Shown here in pieces: positions 22,301 through 64,000 of a stretch of DNA of 64,000 nt (position 1 is the first letter of the stretch; each line of letters starts with the position of its first letter). The stretch spans positions 25,110,001 to 25,174,000 of the forward strand of contig OZ365114.1 of assembly GCA_977030845.1 (NCBI GenBank), in the 5' to 3' direction. Origin of the DNA: Fimbriosthenelais zetlandica. Taxonomy: Eukaryota. The notes below the pieces were generated by a model. It was given only the letters and a program-made list of their open reading frames with translations. It was not told the DNA's origin and did no database searches. The translations under genes and the position numbers were made by a program.

Positions 22301-25300
22301 CCCAGAATCCCATAAAAACACCGAAAGTCAAACTTCTCGTACTTTCCTTTCGAAATGTCATGAAACACACACCACTCATGATATTGGAGGTTAAATGAGC
22401 CATGGGATAATTAATTAAGTCGAAGACAGGAGAACACCATAATTATAATGTTACTAATTAAAACTTACCGATCTCATCAGTGGCTGGGAGTGAGCCCACG
22501 GCCCGAAGACTCAGGGAAAACAGCACGGCCACTGGAAGGAAAAACAGCAGCTCATCAGAGTTATGGACATTGATAAACAGAAGCCTTGCTCGGCTACTTT
22601 TTCACGATGTGGATATATACCAAGGAAAGGCTATTGATATATATAGACATCCAATCTGCTACACTAATCTAACAATCGTATTTAGGTATTTTGGTCTCAT
22701 AAAAGCGAAGTAATCATGAGATTGGTGTACCAACAGGTATACTTCTGAGACGTCACCAACCATGAACACACATCAATGTATTTGTACTTTGTAGTCTAAT
22801 TTCACATCTAAATGTTAGCATATGCAATGCCTGTAACCCATGAGATTGTATCCAACAAGGCAACGAGGTGGTAAAGACATGACTAGCATGAAATTATACT
22901 CGCAACTTGTCATAATTTCAGTTTTCCTAAATGGACCAGATTGGTACTGCCGGAAAATTTCACAAATCTAATTACAGCCTTCATTTTTCTGTCTTCCTTG
23001 TCTTCATTATGGAGGAGACATTTAACCCTTCTTTAAAGACTTACACACTGAACCCGTGTGTTATTTTTATAACTAGTAAAGGAGTCGGGAACAAAGGGTT
23101 AGCCTGACCTTGCCCACAAGTTGGTAGTGTGTAGGTGTGTTTTGTGGTTGTGGCTGGCTCCTTTGTCCCCTCATCAAGCAACTTACATCTCTAGACAACA
23201 ACGTGACCATTCAAATACCAAACTAATCTGCAGTCCCTTCCATAGGTTATATGGTGTAAGGTGCCCAGTGCTAGCCAGACGACGAGAGACAACCAAGTGA
23301 AAGTACATGTCTTCCAAAGAGATGAATTCCAAATTTAATGAATTTCCCAATAAAAAGAGAACTTACCACTAATGTATAATAGTAATCAACTGTAATGGGA
23401 TTCACTATTATGACTTTGAGCATAATACTTGTTCATAAGCTTATTAACATTGCCGGAGTCGATATCAGTGGCGTGTTTTGTTAGGAACACATTAGGTAAT
23501 AAAGGAAGGGAAGTTTTACTGGTGTGGACCTATAAAAATAGCATTATTTTAAGATACCGAGAGAATATCAGTGTAATGGAATGAACAACGTTTGCTGAAG
23601 GACACTGGTAGGACGACCTATGTTTAGGGCCCTGGTAATGTGACATATTAATGGGAAAGACATTAGTCAAAATTGTCACAATGAATAACACAAGGGTGCC
23701 ATGACTGGCACATTTCTTGGTTAGAGCTAACACAGATGATATTAAATTCCTATGTTGGACTCATCCATTTCACTGGGTTATGGATACCCTAAGGAGACCT
23801 TGTCAGCTTTGTTTTACCGCTAAACGTAGCGAGAACACTCAAAACTGTTGGCCCAGAGAGCACCTGTCCCTTCAGAACTGAAACAACACACCCTGGCATA
23901 ATTAAAGTAAGCACAGATGGATGAAGATAGATTGAAGTTGAATTGATTTTGAGTTTGACACGAACGTTTCTGCCTGATCGGTTTCTAGCTTGTTGCAGGT
24001 TAAAAGAATTGAATGGTACACATTTTTAGTTATATTACGTCTCTTTCATTGTATGAAAACATAACAAGCCTTACATAGGCATCGAGTCATATTCTTCCAC
24101 ATGGTAATACACATATTGACAACAATAGACATGAAGAACACCTTCATTTTTTGCTATGAATTGATGAATCTAAGAACCTTTATAAACTTGCATCTCCATT
24201 GACTGCTGACAACAGTCGCCTATTATTCCAAATGTTATATGAATAGCGGAGTTGCAACATCATTCATTTCTACATCATGTCATGCTATCGGAATATCAAA
24301 GACTTTCCTTGGTAGATAAGATAGTTCATAATGAGAAATCAATAGAACGTTAGAGTCAGATCCTGCATGGGGAGAGGCAATGCAGCCTTGAGCAATTCAC
24401 GCCATAGGACTTGCCATATTTGATTCTGTAGGTAGAGCATTCGCTCCGGAGAACATGGATGTTTTGTGCCAGAAGCAGTAGTCTGTAATTTCAGGCGTCA
24501 CAAGGGGAAATGTGAGTGCAAAGCCTTGATGAAAATATGTCTGTACTGAAGAAGGAGGCTTCAATCACTGCCTACGACAGTGGAACTATAGGGATTCTAT
24601 AGGGATTTGGGGCCTGTTTCATGAAGATATAAGCACCCCTCTATACTACATATAGTGTGTCTGTAGACATGCTTTTGGGACATTTGAAACGAACCCCCGG
24701 ACTATATAGGAGAGACGATTGGTTAGAGTATCAGAGGGTCTCTGATAAACAAAATGGAGTTAATCCTTGGTGAAAACTTTCACAAGGCCCAGAGAGCTAT
24801 ACTGGTCTATAAAGCTATATTATCAGCGCATAACTTTTCTAATACTGTAGATTTTTATACTATTCTGCATAGAAGGAATATGTCACTTCAACCATATTAT
24901 CACAAAGACTCGGAGAACATGACACCAGATGCTGTCTACCATCCTACACACATAAATACTGTGGAGAATCGAAGCTACAACTTCCCCTGATTCTATTATG
25001 CATCCATCTGTATGCAAGGAGGGAAGCTTGGGCACTCCAGAGGCACTGGTATATAGTATTCACATTTTCCATACGGCAAACCAAAGGAATATTGATGAAG
25101 GAATTTGAAGGGTCACCCCTGATGCTAAAAATAGGTGATCCCATGCTCACACGCTTGTACGGAAACTGCACAACATGGCTGCTGACCTGCTGGTCTTCAA
25201 TCATGGCCAGGGAAAATTTGATGGCTTATAGTGGCAGCCGAAAATCCTGTCTGCTGGCCTTAAGCCTGGCAACCACCAGCTTTAGCCGTCTTGGGGTCAA

Positions 25301-27101
25301 CCGTGCATGCGAATTGTGCATCTAGTAGGGTAATGCACAATAAAACGTACATGAAGAATACACTTTCAAGCCCTTTTATTGGCTCAAAGGTGATGGCATT
25401 GAATTCATTGACAGAATCCCAATTTCCGCAATAAACAGGATTTGCATAATATAATCCAACCTATTATTAACCTATAGTGGTATATCTGGGGGCATTGGGT
25501 TCGTGTGTGGTATTATGTGAGAAAAGATAGCTAGCTAGCTAGGTAAAGAAATACAGCCTGGTAAAGTGGGCAAGAAGAAAGCAATTTACTCAGTGTCATA
25601 GAGGAGCAAGCAATTAGTGTTCTTGCTCAAAATGATAGTGTTCTGCAACCCAACTCATTGACCCATGCTTCAGTGTTAGAGTACCCATCTCGACTTTCCG
25701 GTTCATAGCTTCATTGGCAGGCTCCCATTACCAAGCCAGATAGTATTCAGTTCAACTTATTTAGGGACACTAAACCAGGAACTACATGTTCAAGAGCAGC
25801 CCTTTAATACTGTTATGTACAACTGATACCCCTCTTGAAGGAATGGGACATCTCGGTCTTCCATAATAATGTCAATGGTTATATACCTTGTACATATAAG
25901 GTAACTGGTGCTTTATCAGCAAGGTTCCATTAGATCCCTTTAGGAAAGCGACTCTTTGAAAATATGGCCGCGGCTTGATATCCTCCTCCATCAGATTTCG
26001 AATGTAGACCCCATGGTCGATGAAGTCAAGAATGAACCGCCTATTAGGCTATAGGTTCGACTGCTACTTTAGCTATTTAGCTGTATCTAGTTATTCATTC
26101 ATTTCAATAGGAAATGAATCAAGCGAGAATCACGCCTATACTGTCAGGAATCAAGTGAATTCCCATAAGCAATCAATTGATGAGCCAGGCTGCCACCATG
26201 GGCCTTAATGTCTATTGTACCTCTGGGAGAACATGACTGGAGGAAGGGCCAACGGGTATTTTAGGTGGTAAATCAATGAAGAATGATCCATGGGGTGGTG
26301 GGCCGGAGGCTGATAGCACACCGTCTAATATCCCCACTTGATATGGCACCAAACGTGAAGCCAGATAGTTAACGCTAAACAGACCAGATAGCCACAGTAC
26401 ACCACATAATGGACGTACATTTACACATCAGGGTCAAGGTGGACGACATGCATGAGGTCTATGAATACAGAGTACAGACTAGATCTAATCCCCAACATGG
26501 TCTACAATAAAGCTTCATATATGATGGATGTAAGGGATTTGTGTTCTATGAGAGAAGAAATGAGCACCCATTGAGGCAGTGCTGCACATCTTGGGGAAAG
26601 GCTCCACAGAGCTGCTCCCTCACTAGGCCTACCATCTCTTTCTCTGCTACCACACATTGGCACACACACACTCACACACACAGATGCAGTGCCAAAAATA
26701 GCACACCACATCTTCCCCCTCCAAGGATGGCCTTAAAGCATTCCTACAACGCTTTTCCCTTTAACAATGCACCAGCCATACTAAAGGCTTGTGCTGCTGT
26801 GAATAACAATGAGCCAGGCTTTTGGCCTTGCTTCTGTGGGTTAGGGTATATACAGAAGCTTTAAATTTTGTGTACAGGCAGTTATAGGTTATATAGGGAT
26901 TGGTGCTAGGCCTGCTGTCAGGGACAGCCCATGTTTGGGCTTGGCCTACCGTGCCCGGGCCGCCTCTGAAGCAGCCTGACAGGCAAGCCAGCAGCTCAGC
27001 ACGGCAGCTGTCATTGGCAAAAGCCGACCATTTTGACGCACCACCAAGCGATATCTCTACTCACCTGCAAGGTCGAGAAACCTCAGTAAGCGAGGCTCCA
27101 T
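1144..27101 (-). CDS. Type I membrane receptor: SP-CUB-CUB-LDLa-(half LDLa)-LDLa-TM-PPxY tail (NETO/LRP12/LDLRAD-like), about 740 aa, at least 15 coding exons
   Basis: Continuous phase-consistent exon chain with canonical splice sites. One full path (with TM-A and tail exon 14a) sums to 2226 nt = 741 aa plus stop. CUB and LDLa hallmarks are clear. Confidence 0.88.
2879..2953 (-). CDS. Possible third tail cassette exon 14c (HPSLPRHRKYTSQLPATLTMQHYHR)
   Basis: 75 nt, phase 0-0; aacag|CAT start; ends Arg|gta like 14a and 14b; only the HxSLP motif is shared. Confidence 0.4.
3047..3142 (-). CDS. Receptor tail cassette exon 14b (HHSMMMNHQSLPNFSLAVQPSKTGFGSFRSYR)
   Basis: 96 nt, phase 0-0, open; ttttcccctaacag| acceptor; AGA|gtaaat donor; homologous to exon 14a. 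Confidence 0.72.
4359..4463 (-). CDS. Receptor tail cassette exon 14a (QCTIRNNHHSLPNVTLAVPQTNKGPSRSNSFRHER)
   Basis: 105 nt, phase 0-0, open; catcag|cag acceptor; CGC|gtaatc donor; homologous to exon 14b. Confidence 0.72.
5949..6268 (-). CDS. Receptor cytoplasmic exon 13 with two PPxY motifs
   Basis: DPPSYT and APPPSYDEAM; ccatcctacag| acceptor; GGG|gttagt donor; phase 1-0. Confidence 0.88.
7679..7864 (-). CDS. Receptor cytoplasmic exon 12
   Basis: Acceptor ttttttttccag|; donor GCAG|gtcagc; phase 1-1; GC-rich, Pro/Ser/Thr-rich. Confidence 0.85.
8136..8285. repeat. Degenerate minisatellite, about 4 units of about 40 bp
   Basis: Recurring AGGAATTGGGAC...GGGTCAGGCA...ATTCAGTA units. Confidence 0.75.
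8378..8509 (-). CDS. Receptor transmembrane exon B (VVIFPPVILAILSFSVIIAGCYY-GRKRKSR)
   Basis: Long pyrimidine tract ending attccag|; donor ACAG|gtaaaa; 132 nt, phase 1-1; TM followed by a polybasic stop-transfer segment. Confidence 0.85.
9285..9404 (-). CDS. Receptor transmembrane exon A (LMPLLALVVLPFFVVAIV-CRICC)
   Basis: Acceptor ttcttctttccag|cag (NAGNAG); donor GCAG|gtaaaa; 120 nt, phase 1-1; hydrophobic 18-mer plus Cys cluster. Confidence 0.85.
9793..9915 (-). CDS. Receptor exon 10, membrane-proximal LDLa repeat
   Basis: CDGTYDCVDQSDETHC; donor TGTG|gtaagt; phase 1-1. Confidence 0.93.
10312..10383 (-). CDS. Receptor exon 9, truncated (4-Cys) LDLa-like module
   Basis: ECGTTEKRCNDGTCVSRYYGTC; tgcttag| acceptor; TGTC|gtaagt donor; 72 nt, phase 1-1. 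Confidence 0.85.
11154..11306 (-). CDS. Receptor exon 8, LDLa repeat 1
   Basis: Six Cys, CIPREHICNNLPNCPDGSDED; donor AAAA|gtaagt; phase 1-1. Confidence 0.93.
11893..11908. promoter_or_regulatory. 16-bp perfect palindrome containing a full CRE
   Basis: CTTGTGACGTCACAAG. Confidence 0.45.
12301..12522 (-). CDS. Receptor exon 7, CUB2 C-half (SRTGFYVRVR...FNFVYGVY)
   Basis: Acceptor ttttacag|; open frame with CUB-like terminal strands; phase 1-1. Confidence 0.85.
12719..12895 (-). CDS. Receptor exon 6, CUB2 N-half (DCPQ...YDCVWQLKPP...FIYFR)
   Basis: C-x-W-x-I/L CUB motif; donor AATG|gtaagt; phase 1-1. Confidence 0.9.
13164..13205 (-). CDS. Receptor exon 5, 42-nt inter-CUB linker (PGPETWKIDQPFT)
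   Basis: Acceptor tttctttttcatag|; donor ACAG|gtgagt; phase 1-1, open. Confidence 0.8.
13692..13887 (-). CDS. Receptor exon 4, CUB1 C-half (IHDG...STGGQVFLKF...GFKATY)
   Basis: CUB motifs; ctattgcag| acceptor; AAAA|gtaagt donor; phase 0-1. Confidence 0.92.
14263..14429 (-). CDS. Receptor exon 3, CUB1 N-half (GIIRSPNFPG...IRIIFDDLDL)
   Basis: CUB motifs; donor CTGCAG|gtcagt, phase 0. The 5' boundary is uncertain (alternative AGs giving starts at 14417, 14429 or 14475). Confidence 0.85.
17795..17887 (+). CDS. Candidate 30-aa single-pass membrane micropeptide, antisense in receptor intron 2
   Basis: MRLQHRSHLTVLLVVCVSGWLIYCVLSSGY; TATA-like motifs at 17725 and 17733; AATAAA at 17929. No homology evidence. 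Confidence 0.2.
   Translation: MRLQHRSHLTVLLVVCVSGWLIYCVLSSGY
22469..22531 (-). CDS. Receptor exon 2, signal peptide h/c-region (VAVLFSLSLRAVGS/LPATDEI)
   Basis: Acceptor tttttccttccag|; donor ATCG|gtaagt; phase 1-1; completes a plausible signal peptide with exon 1. Confidence 0.8.
26661..26682. repeat. Interrupted (CA)n microsatellite
   Basis: cacacacacactcacacacaca. Confidence 0.8.
27065..27101 (-). CDS. Receptor exon 1, start of signal peptide (MEPRLLRFLDLA)
   Basis: Kozak acgATGG; donor GCAG|gtgagt, phase 1. An in-frame upstream ATG lies at 27116. Confidence 0.75.
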
Positions 27102-28703
27102 CGTAGTGTTCAGCATTCTATATCCCAGGCCAGAATTGAACAGGCGTTGGGTATTTAAAAAAGTCCTCTTTCTATACCCCTTCCCCCCCTACATTTTCCA
27201 AGGTGGCTGCCTTTTTCAGGAGATGGTGATAAATACTGAGCCTTCATGCTGTGTGTGGATCTGCTGCTGCATCTTGCCGTCTTCTCCACCTCTCCTCCTG
27301 CTCTCTCCTCCTCCAGCCACTGCTGCAGCTTCCCACAACCAGGCACCATCAGCTTACCCAGCCTCCCTCCAGGTGGTAGCACTGTTTTGCTGACGTCAAC
27401 AACTGCCTCTTCTGGCAGCAGAAGCAGTCATCATGCCAAGGTAGATATCAGCAATAACACAAAAAGTCATATATAGATGTATATAGCATAGCAGATCCTA
27501 CAATAAAACATATCCTTTTAAGTCATCATTAAACGGGTCTTTTGAACAGAACGCAGTGGCCTTGTTTCTGTGTAAGTAGTATCTGGAAAGATATTTTTGA
27601 TGCAGGCAACACTAACCTATATAGTAAGACCTTTCCTGCCGTGGATGGAATAAAATATTAGTCTAGTTTATCTTATCTGCGTGTGGTAGCGGAAAATGAG
27701 GAGCATAATTAAGTTCAATGTCTCATTTACCTGAAAGATCAAACTTGATTAGGAAACCAAAAATGTCAGGCTTAAATGACAGTTTAAAAAATCCCCAGGA
27801 AATTGGTCACTAAGATACATTTCCCAGGCGGTCAATATGCAACGATTCGATAAGAAATGATTATAATTAAAAATGCCAGTTAATTAACTTCTCGCTTCTG
27901 GGGAATACATGGGAGAATTGACTATGCGGAGAGGACCAGGAAGTGAGTTCCTGGAAATCAACAGTTAGATCTTAGTAACCTATCCTTGTCACATGCTGTG
28001 ACATGCTGGTTCCAAATTTAATTTGCTAAAATTCTTCCTATACGTGTACCAGCATTTTCTCACTTATTCTGTGTCAGTGGTGTTATTAATAGGACTGGTT
28101 GGACTAATTGCCCGAGCGATTGTCAGACCAAGTAATTGACATTTTCATTTGTCAATCATCTGTCACTCTAAGGTCATGGGGATCGTCTGTACAAAATGAG
28201 TAACTTCACCTTATTTATAGATCTCTACATTTAGGCCGTCCACACGTGGGTAGGGATGTCCTTGTCCCTATGATGAGACAAATGAGGGACATGTACATAA
28301 GCACCCACTTTGGTTTTGTGTGCCCAACTTGGCGTAGCGCATCTTGGCTTCTGTGCCCCCAATTATCGCCCAGAAACGTCGATACTTTATGAAAACAATC
28401 CAATTTAAACCAAAAACATGATGAATCATCATAAATTCGATGACGATTTGACTTCTTTGGCCCTACCACATTTAGTATTGATTGGAAGACGTTCGTAGGC
28501 CTAACATAGGCAAATCCTATGTTAAACGATTGGACTCGCGAACGGCCGGCCCCTTTAAGAGAATATAGGAGCTTATTAGGTCTCCACTTGACTATCACAA
28601 TACGCGATCGGTGAACGTTACTTCTTGCCATTTCACAATAATAAGAAAAGAGGAAGTCTTGGTTTCGGGAACATCTTTTACTCTTCATGAATCTTTTACA
28701 AAT

Positions 28704-28709
28704 TTTATT
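28704..28709 (-). terminator. Candidate Shox polyadenylation signal AATAAA
   Basis: First clear minus-strand AATAAA I found after the stop, about 2 kb downstream. ATTAAA variants were not excluded. Confidence 0.35.
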
Positions 28710-28806
28710 AATAATATATCAATCTACATGAACACAACACAGCTCAGATGACATTGGTAGTTCTACTACATCACACCAGATGCCAGCACGGTGGTGGCGC
28801 ACTGAC

Positions 28807-28837
28807 GTGGCTATGGCAACAAGGTAGCCATGGAAAC
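28807..28837. promoter_or_regulatory. Tandem RFX X-box pair upstream of the receptor gene
   Basis: GTGGCTATGGCAAC-aag-GTAGCCATGGAAAC; both are close matches to the GTNRCCATGGYAAC-type palindrome. Confidence 0.5.
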
Positions 28838-30698
28838 ATTGTTTCTACTGAGACTATTTTCAGCTGTCAAGGAAATAATGGTATTCAATTAATTACATTT
28901 TGATACCTAGTTAGGTCCGAGTCTCCTGAAGATGGGGTTGGGTCTGAGGAATTGTTTACATCTATTATTCGTGCATGCACATCTTATCGTGCAAAGTCAA
29001 AGACGAAAATACCCAGATCTCTGCAGAAGTCGGAGACATATAGCCTATCTAGTTTAGCACGCAGAACCTATTATTGGAAAGTGGACAACTGTTTCTAACA
29101 GTAGGACCTTTCCTATAAGGTGCATATGACACCTTACTTCATTATATGAGAGAGGACATGAACGGTTTCAACAGAAAAAAATATTTACATTTCAACCTCG
29201 CTCACTCGTGAGTGATGCTGCACGTATAAGTGCAGAACCTTCATTCTAAGCTGGGAAATATCAGAGATGGTACTGAGGAAATAAATCGAAATTCTCGTCT
29301 ATTTGTTTATACTTTAATAAATATACAATGGTCTCAAATACGGGAAATTGCTCACATGCACAGTAAATGGAGGAACTATTCGATTCCTGTCCTTTCTTGA
29401 GGGGTAGGCCGATAGCTGAAGTCTCTAGGCCTATATGCCATCTTTACACGTCAATTACTAATTAATATTTACAGTTAATTTGTTAGCTTTGGTGTTAGAC
29501 TTTATGTTATCATGTTATTATGTACCCATATGACTTTGTTCAGTATATGACTAGGTAAAGATGAATCATTGCGCACCCAAATATCTTTAAGTTGACTTGG
29601 CGACGTTGAAAATTGATGGCAAAGACATTCAAGCGTTTTTGATGTCTAACAAACACTGAAAGTGGATTTGGTAAGGCTAATTAAATAATTTTATAATATT
29701 CTATCATAGAGCCTATACCAAAGGGATCCAAACACTGCACAAAGAGCGATACATCAATGAATACATCACTCTGTGCCAAGTGACTGAATGTCTCCCTATA
29801 ACTGTCAGTTTCTACACCAGATCTATTTACTAACATCGATTGCCTTATTGGGAGAGTCCGATGATCTGATTTACACAGAAAGTTAGCGGAGATTTGATCT
29901 CCCATCAGTTAATTATCTTTTATGACAGGGTTGGAGAGATCATTGCCTCATGCTGAATCCAACCTATATGAAGCACCTTCATTACAAATGTGTGAGACGC
30001 ACGTGTAAGTCTAATAATTATTCACAATAATCAACATGATCAGACATGGATTCAGACGGTGTAGATACAATAACAACTCGCTCGCAAATAGAAACATACT
30101 ACACGCTATAGTAACATCAAGAGTTATACACTGTAATGTTTCATGAATAATTATCATCATAGAATGAAATAAATAACCAGGGCTGAGCCCTGAACCTTCC
30201 TATACTGTATTAAGATAGACTGCAGTAGGTCTCTACTTCAAAAAGCATACATCCCTAAATAACGACTGTAAAATACTCACTTGAGATTCGGCAGTATATC
30301 ATATATAATTTTAGTAGTGGTCATGGGGAACACCAACTCTATGACAGTTTTGCCTGTCAGTGAGCTCTCATTATGACTATAACAACACAACCTTTAGTAC
30401 AAACAAAATTTGAGTCCACGATGGACATGGTACTTAATGGAAAACCGAACAATCGAGGCACTAATGTCACATTCAACAATGCAAATAACACAGAAAATGT
30501 TATAGACATAGTGCTTTCTTAATAAACTCTTCCTATGCTAAATATTCTCATGGAAAGGAGAGATGCTCTCCAACATTTGGAATGAAGTCTAGTTACTACA
30601 AACACCTACAGACGTCGCTACCATCGAGGAACCCCATCGCCGTTGCTGCTTCCGCTGCTCGGGCTTGTGGGTAGTGGAGGATAGTAGCGGCCCGCCAG

Positions 30699-62439
<31,741 letters not shown>

Positions 62440-62604
62440 ACTGTCAATTCAATTTTTGTCAGTATGCTTGACTACAATTGCAAGGTTTTGCTTTTGTGTT
62501 GGTCTTTTAAATCTTGTTCGATTCACTCCTTTGAATTTTTATAGATTTTGGCCATATATCTAAAGAGTGTTGCGTGACTAAAGACATAAATTTGAATTTT
62601 TTCT

Positions 62605-62828
62605 CTGGTGAGGAGGCAGTATTAAAGAGATAAGGAAGCGATTTACAGAGAGATTATATGACAAGGCTGTACTAATTTGCATCAAACTCTCAAAATAATC
62701 TGGTCGATATAACCGTCAATAGATCTATTGTTCATGGGTGCCTCAAATGTGTATTTGTTCCTTCCCAAAATGTTTCAATATATTTCCTTGTTATGACTCC
62801 ACTAGTGGAGAAGCCCTTGACAGGTTAC
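62605..62828 (-). other. Shox: Probable intron in the Shox 5' UTR (implies a non-coding first exon upstream of 62829)
   Basis: Donor CTGCAG|gtaacc at 62828; long pyrimidine tract ending cctcctcaccag| at 62605; 224 nt. Confidence 0.6.
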
Positions 62829-63627
62829 CTGCAGGAACTGATTAGTAATAAATTAATTGATATTATAATTAAATATTTTGTGTTAAAATGTTGGGAAGTA
62901 GCATCAAATCTCCGTCACAAAGTCGCGACCAAAGCAATTTTGGCGCGAATTGCTTTTAAATTTTTGAACCTCTTTGAAAAACTATAGCTATGTCCTATTT
63001 ATAGCTTTTTGGGGTTTAAATTTGTATCACGTGGACAATATAATTGGAGGGTGTCCAATTATGTCCCTGTTTGCATACATGGATCTACTTTTGATTCCAC
63101 TTTTGTCACCGTAAGTGGGACACCGGATCCAAAGTTAGTGACAGCCTTCAAAAGAAAGGGCGTTGGATCTTTTCCTTTCTGGTGGGAGGATAACAATGCA
63201 ATCGTCCTGAGTCTTGGTAATTTAGATACCAATGATAGTCTGAGTGAGAAATCAATAAATATCCCATGTGTGAAAGTGTGTAGTCCTCTATGTCTGTACC
63301 GCATGAGTAGTAGTGGCGTCACCAATGTCTTGTGCCATGTATACACAAAGTTGCAGGCTTCCTTCACTTGGTTGTACCCGTTCAGATTGCCTTCATCTTC
63401 TGTAGTGAATTCTTCTCCTTCCTCCTGGCCTTTAGATCCCTCCGCCCGCCTATAAGGTCACTCCTCCAGTAGGGTAGTGGTGTGTGAGATGGAGAGGATA
63501 GGCTCTGGTGGGGGGTGGTGTAGGTGGGCTGGCCTCAGAGCGGACACTGTGGTCGGTGAGTCGTGGGCCTCATGTCTCATCCAGGCCCTCCACTCTGGCG
63601 CCACCTACTAGCGTCAGATAGCGTCAG

Positions 63628-63660
63628 CAGTGAGAGGGAAAGTGGCGCTTATAATATTAC
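63628..63660 (-). promoter_or_regulatory. Possible Shox core promoter (TATA-like plus Inr-like)
   Basis: Minus strand TATTATAAG (63656-63648) lies about 22-25 nt upstream of an Inr-like TCACTG, in a GC-rich block. Weak evidence. Confidence 0.3.
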
Positions 63661-64000
63661 AGGTATAGGAAAGGATTCCCAGCTTCAAACACGGACGCGC
63701 AAAGAGCATTACTGAAGGATCCAAGGCTGAAATTTACTTTCTAAAGTAGGCAACAGATTCTCCAGGGATATATTTTGTTCAAAGGTTCAATTTGACAGTT
63801 TGTTTCATGAAGAGAAGAGTGAAGCATTGTCAATTGATACCCATGGGACTTCTGCATGCATTTCTAGAAAGTGAACAGCAAGACTGAGCCACAGACATGG
63901 ATTATGCCTGTAAATGTGTGCAGAGAAATGGCAAAATGGGATCACCTGTGACGTAGACTTCAAAATCCCAAAGTTTCAATGACGATGACTGGTAATCAAC

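Noticed and set aside
20684-24621. Shared GGGCCTGTTTCA 12-mer at 20684 and 24610 as MITE termini
   Set aside because: Same orientation, with no paired inverted end or target-site duplication; at most degraded remnants.
28215-28688. 157-aa ORF, with a possible Harbinger-like end (TTA-GGCCGTCCACAC at 28231)
   Set aside because: No recognisable domain. No matching right terminal inverted repeat or target-site duplication was found.
63009-63455. Overlapping 148-aa (+) and 102-aa (-) ORFs upstream of Shox
   Set aside because: No recognisable motifs. The minus ORF may be a uORF in the non-coding exon, but there is no support for a protein product.

Overview
Eukaryotic genomic DNA (about 40% GC, GT-AG introns), most likely an invertebrate chordate such as amphioxus; this is inferred from the Shox protein, the intron sizes and the frequent TACATG-type motifs. 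Two intron-containing genes lie head-to-tail on the minus strand. (1) Shox, a paired-like Q50 homeobox gene with an OAR domain: 4 coding exons at 62439-61845, 43436-43225, 35103-35046 and 31027-30699 (397 aa), a probable non-coding first exon and large motif-rich introns. (2) About 3.6 kb downstream of the Shox stop, an unnamed type I membrane receptor (27101-1144, about 740 aa): signal peptide, CUB, CUB, LDLa, half-LDLa, LDLa, TM and a Pro-rich tail with PPxY/LPxY motifs (NETO/LRP12/LDLRAD-like). The most striking signal is that the receptor has two frame-compatible transmembrane exons that look mutually exclusive, plus 2-3 tandemly duplicated tail exons sharing an NHxSLPNxxLAV motif, suggesting a Dscam-like combinatorial splicing system. 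Other leads are a tandem DR3-DR4-DR5 nuclear-receptor array, a consensus ERE, paired RFX X-boxes, possible Shox stop-codon readthrough and three antisense small-ORF candidates. All splice models were built by eye from splice consensus, phase continuity and domain motifs; there is no transcript evidence. No rRNA, tRNA, CRISPR array or intact transposon was seen.
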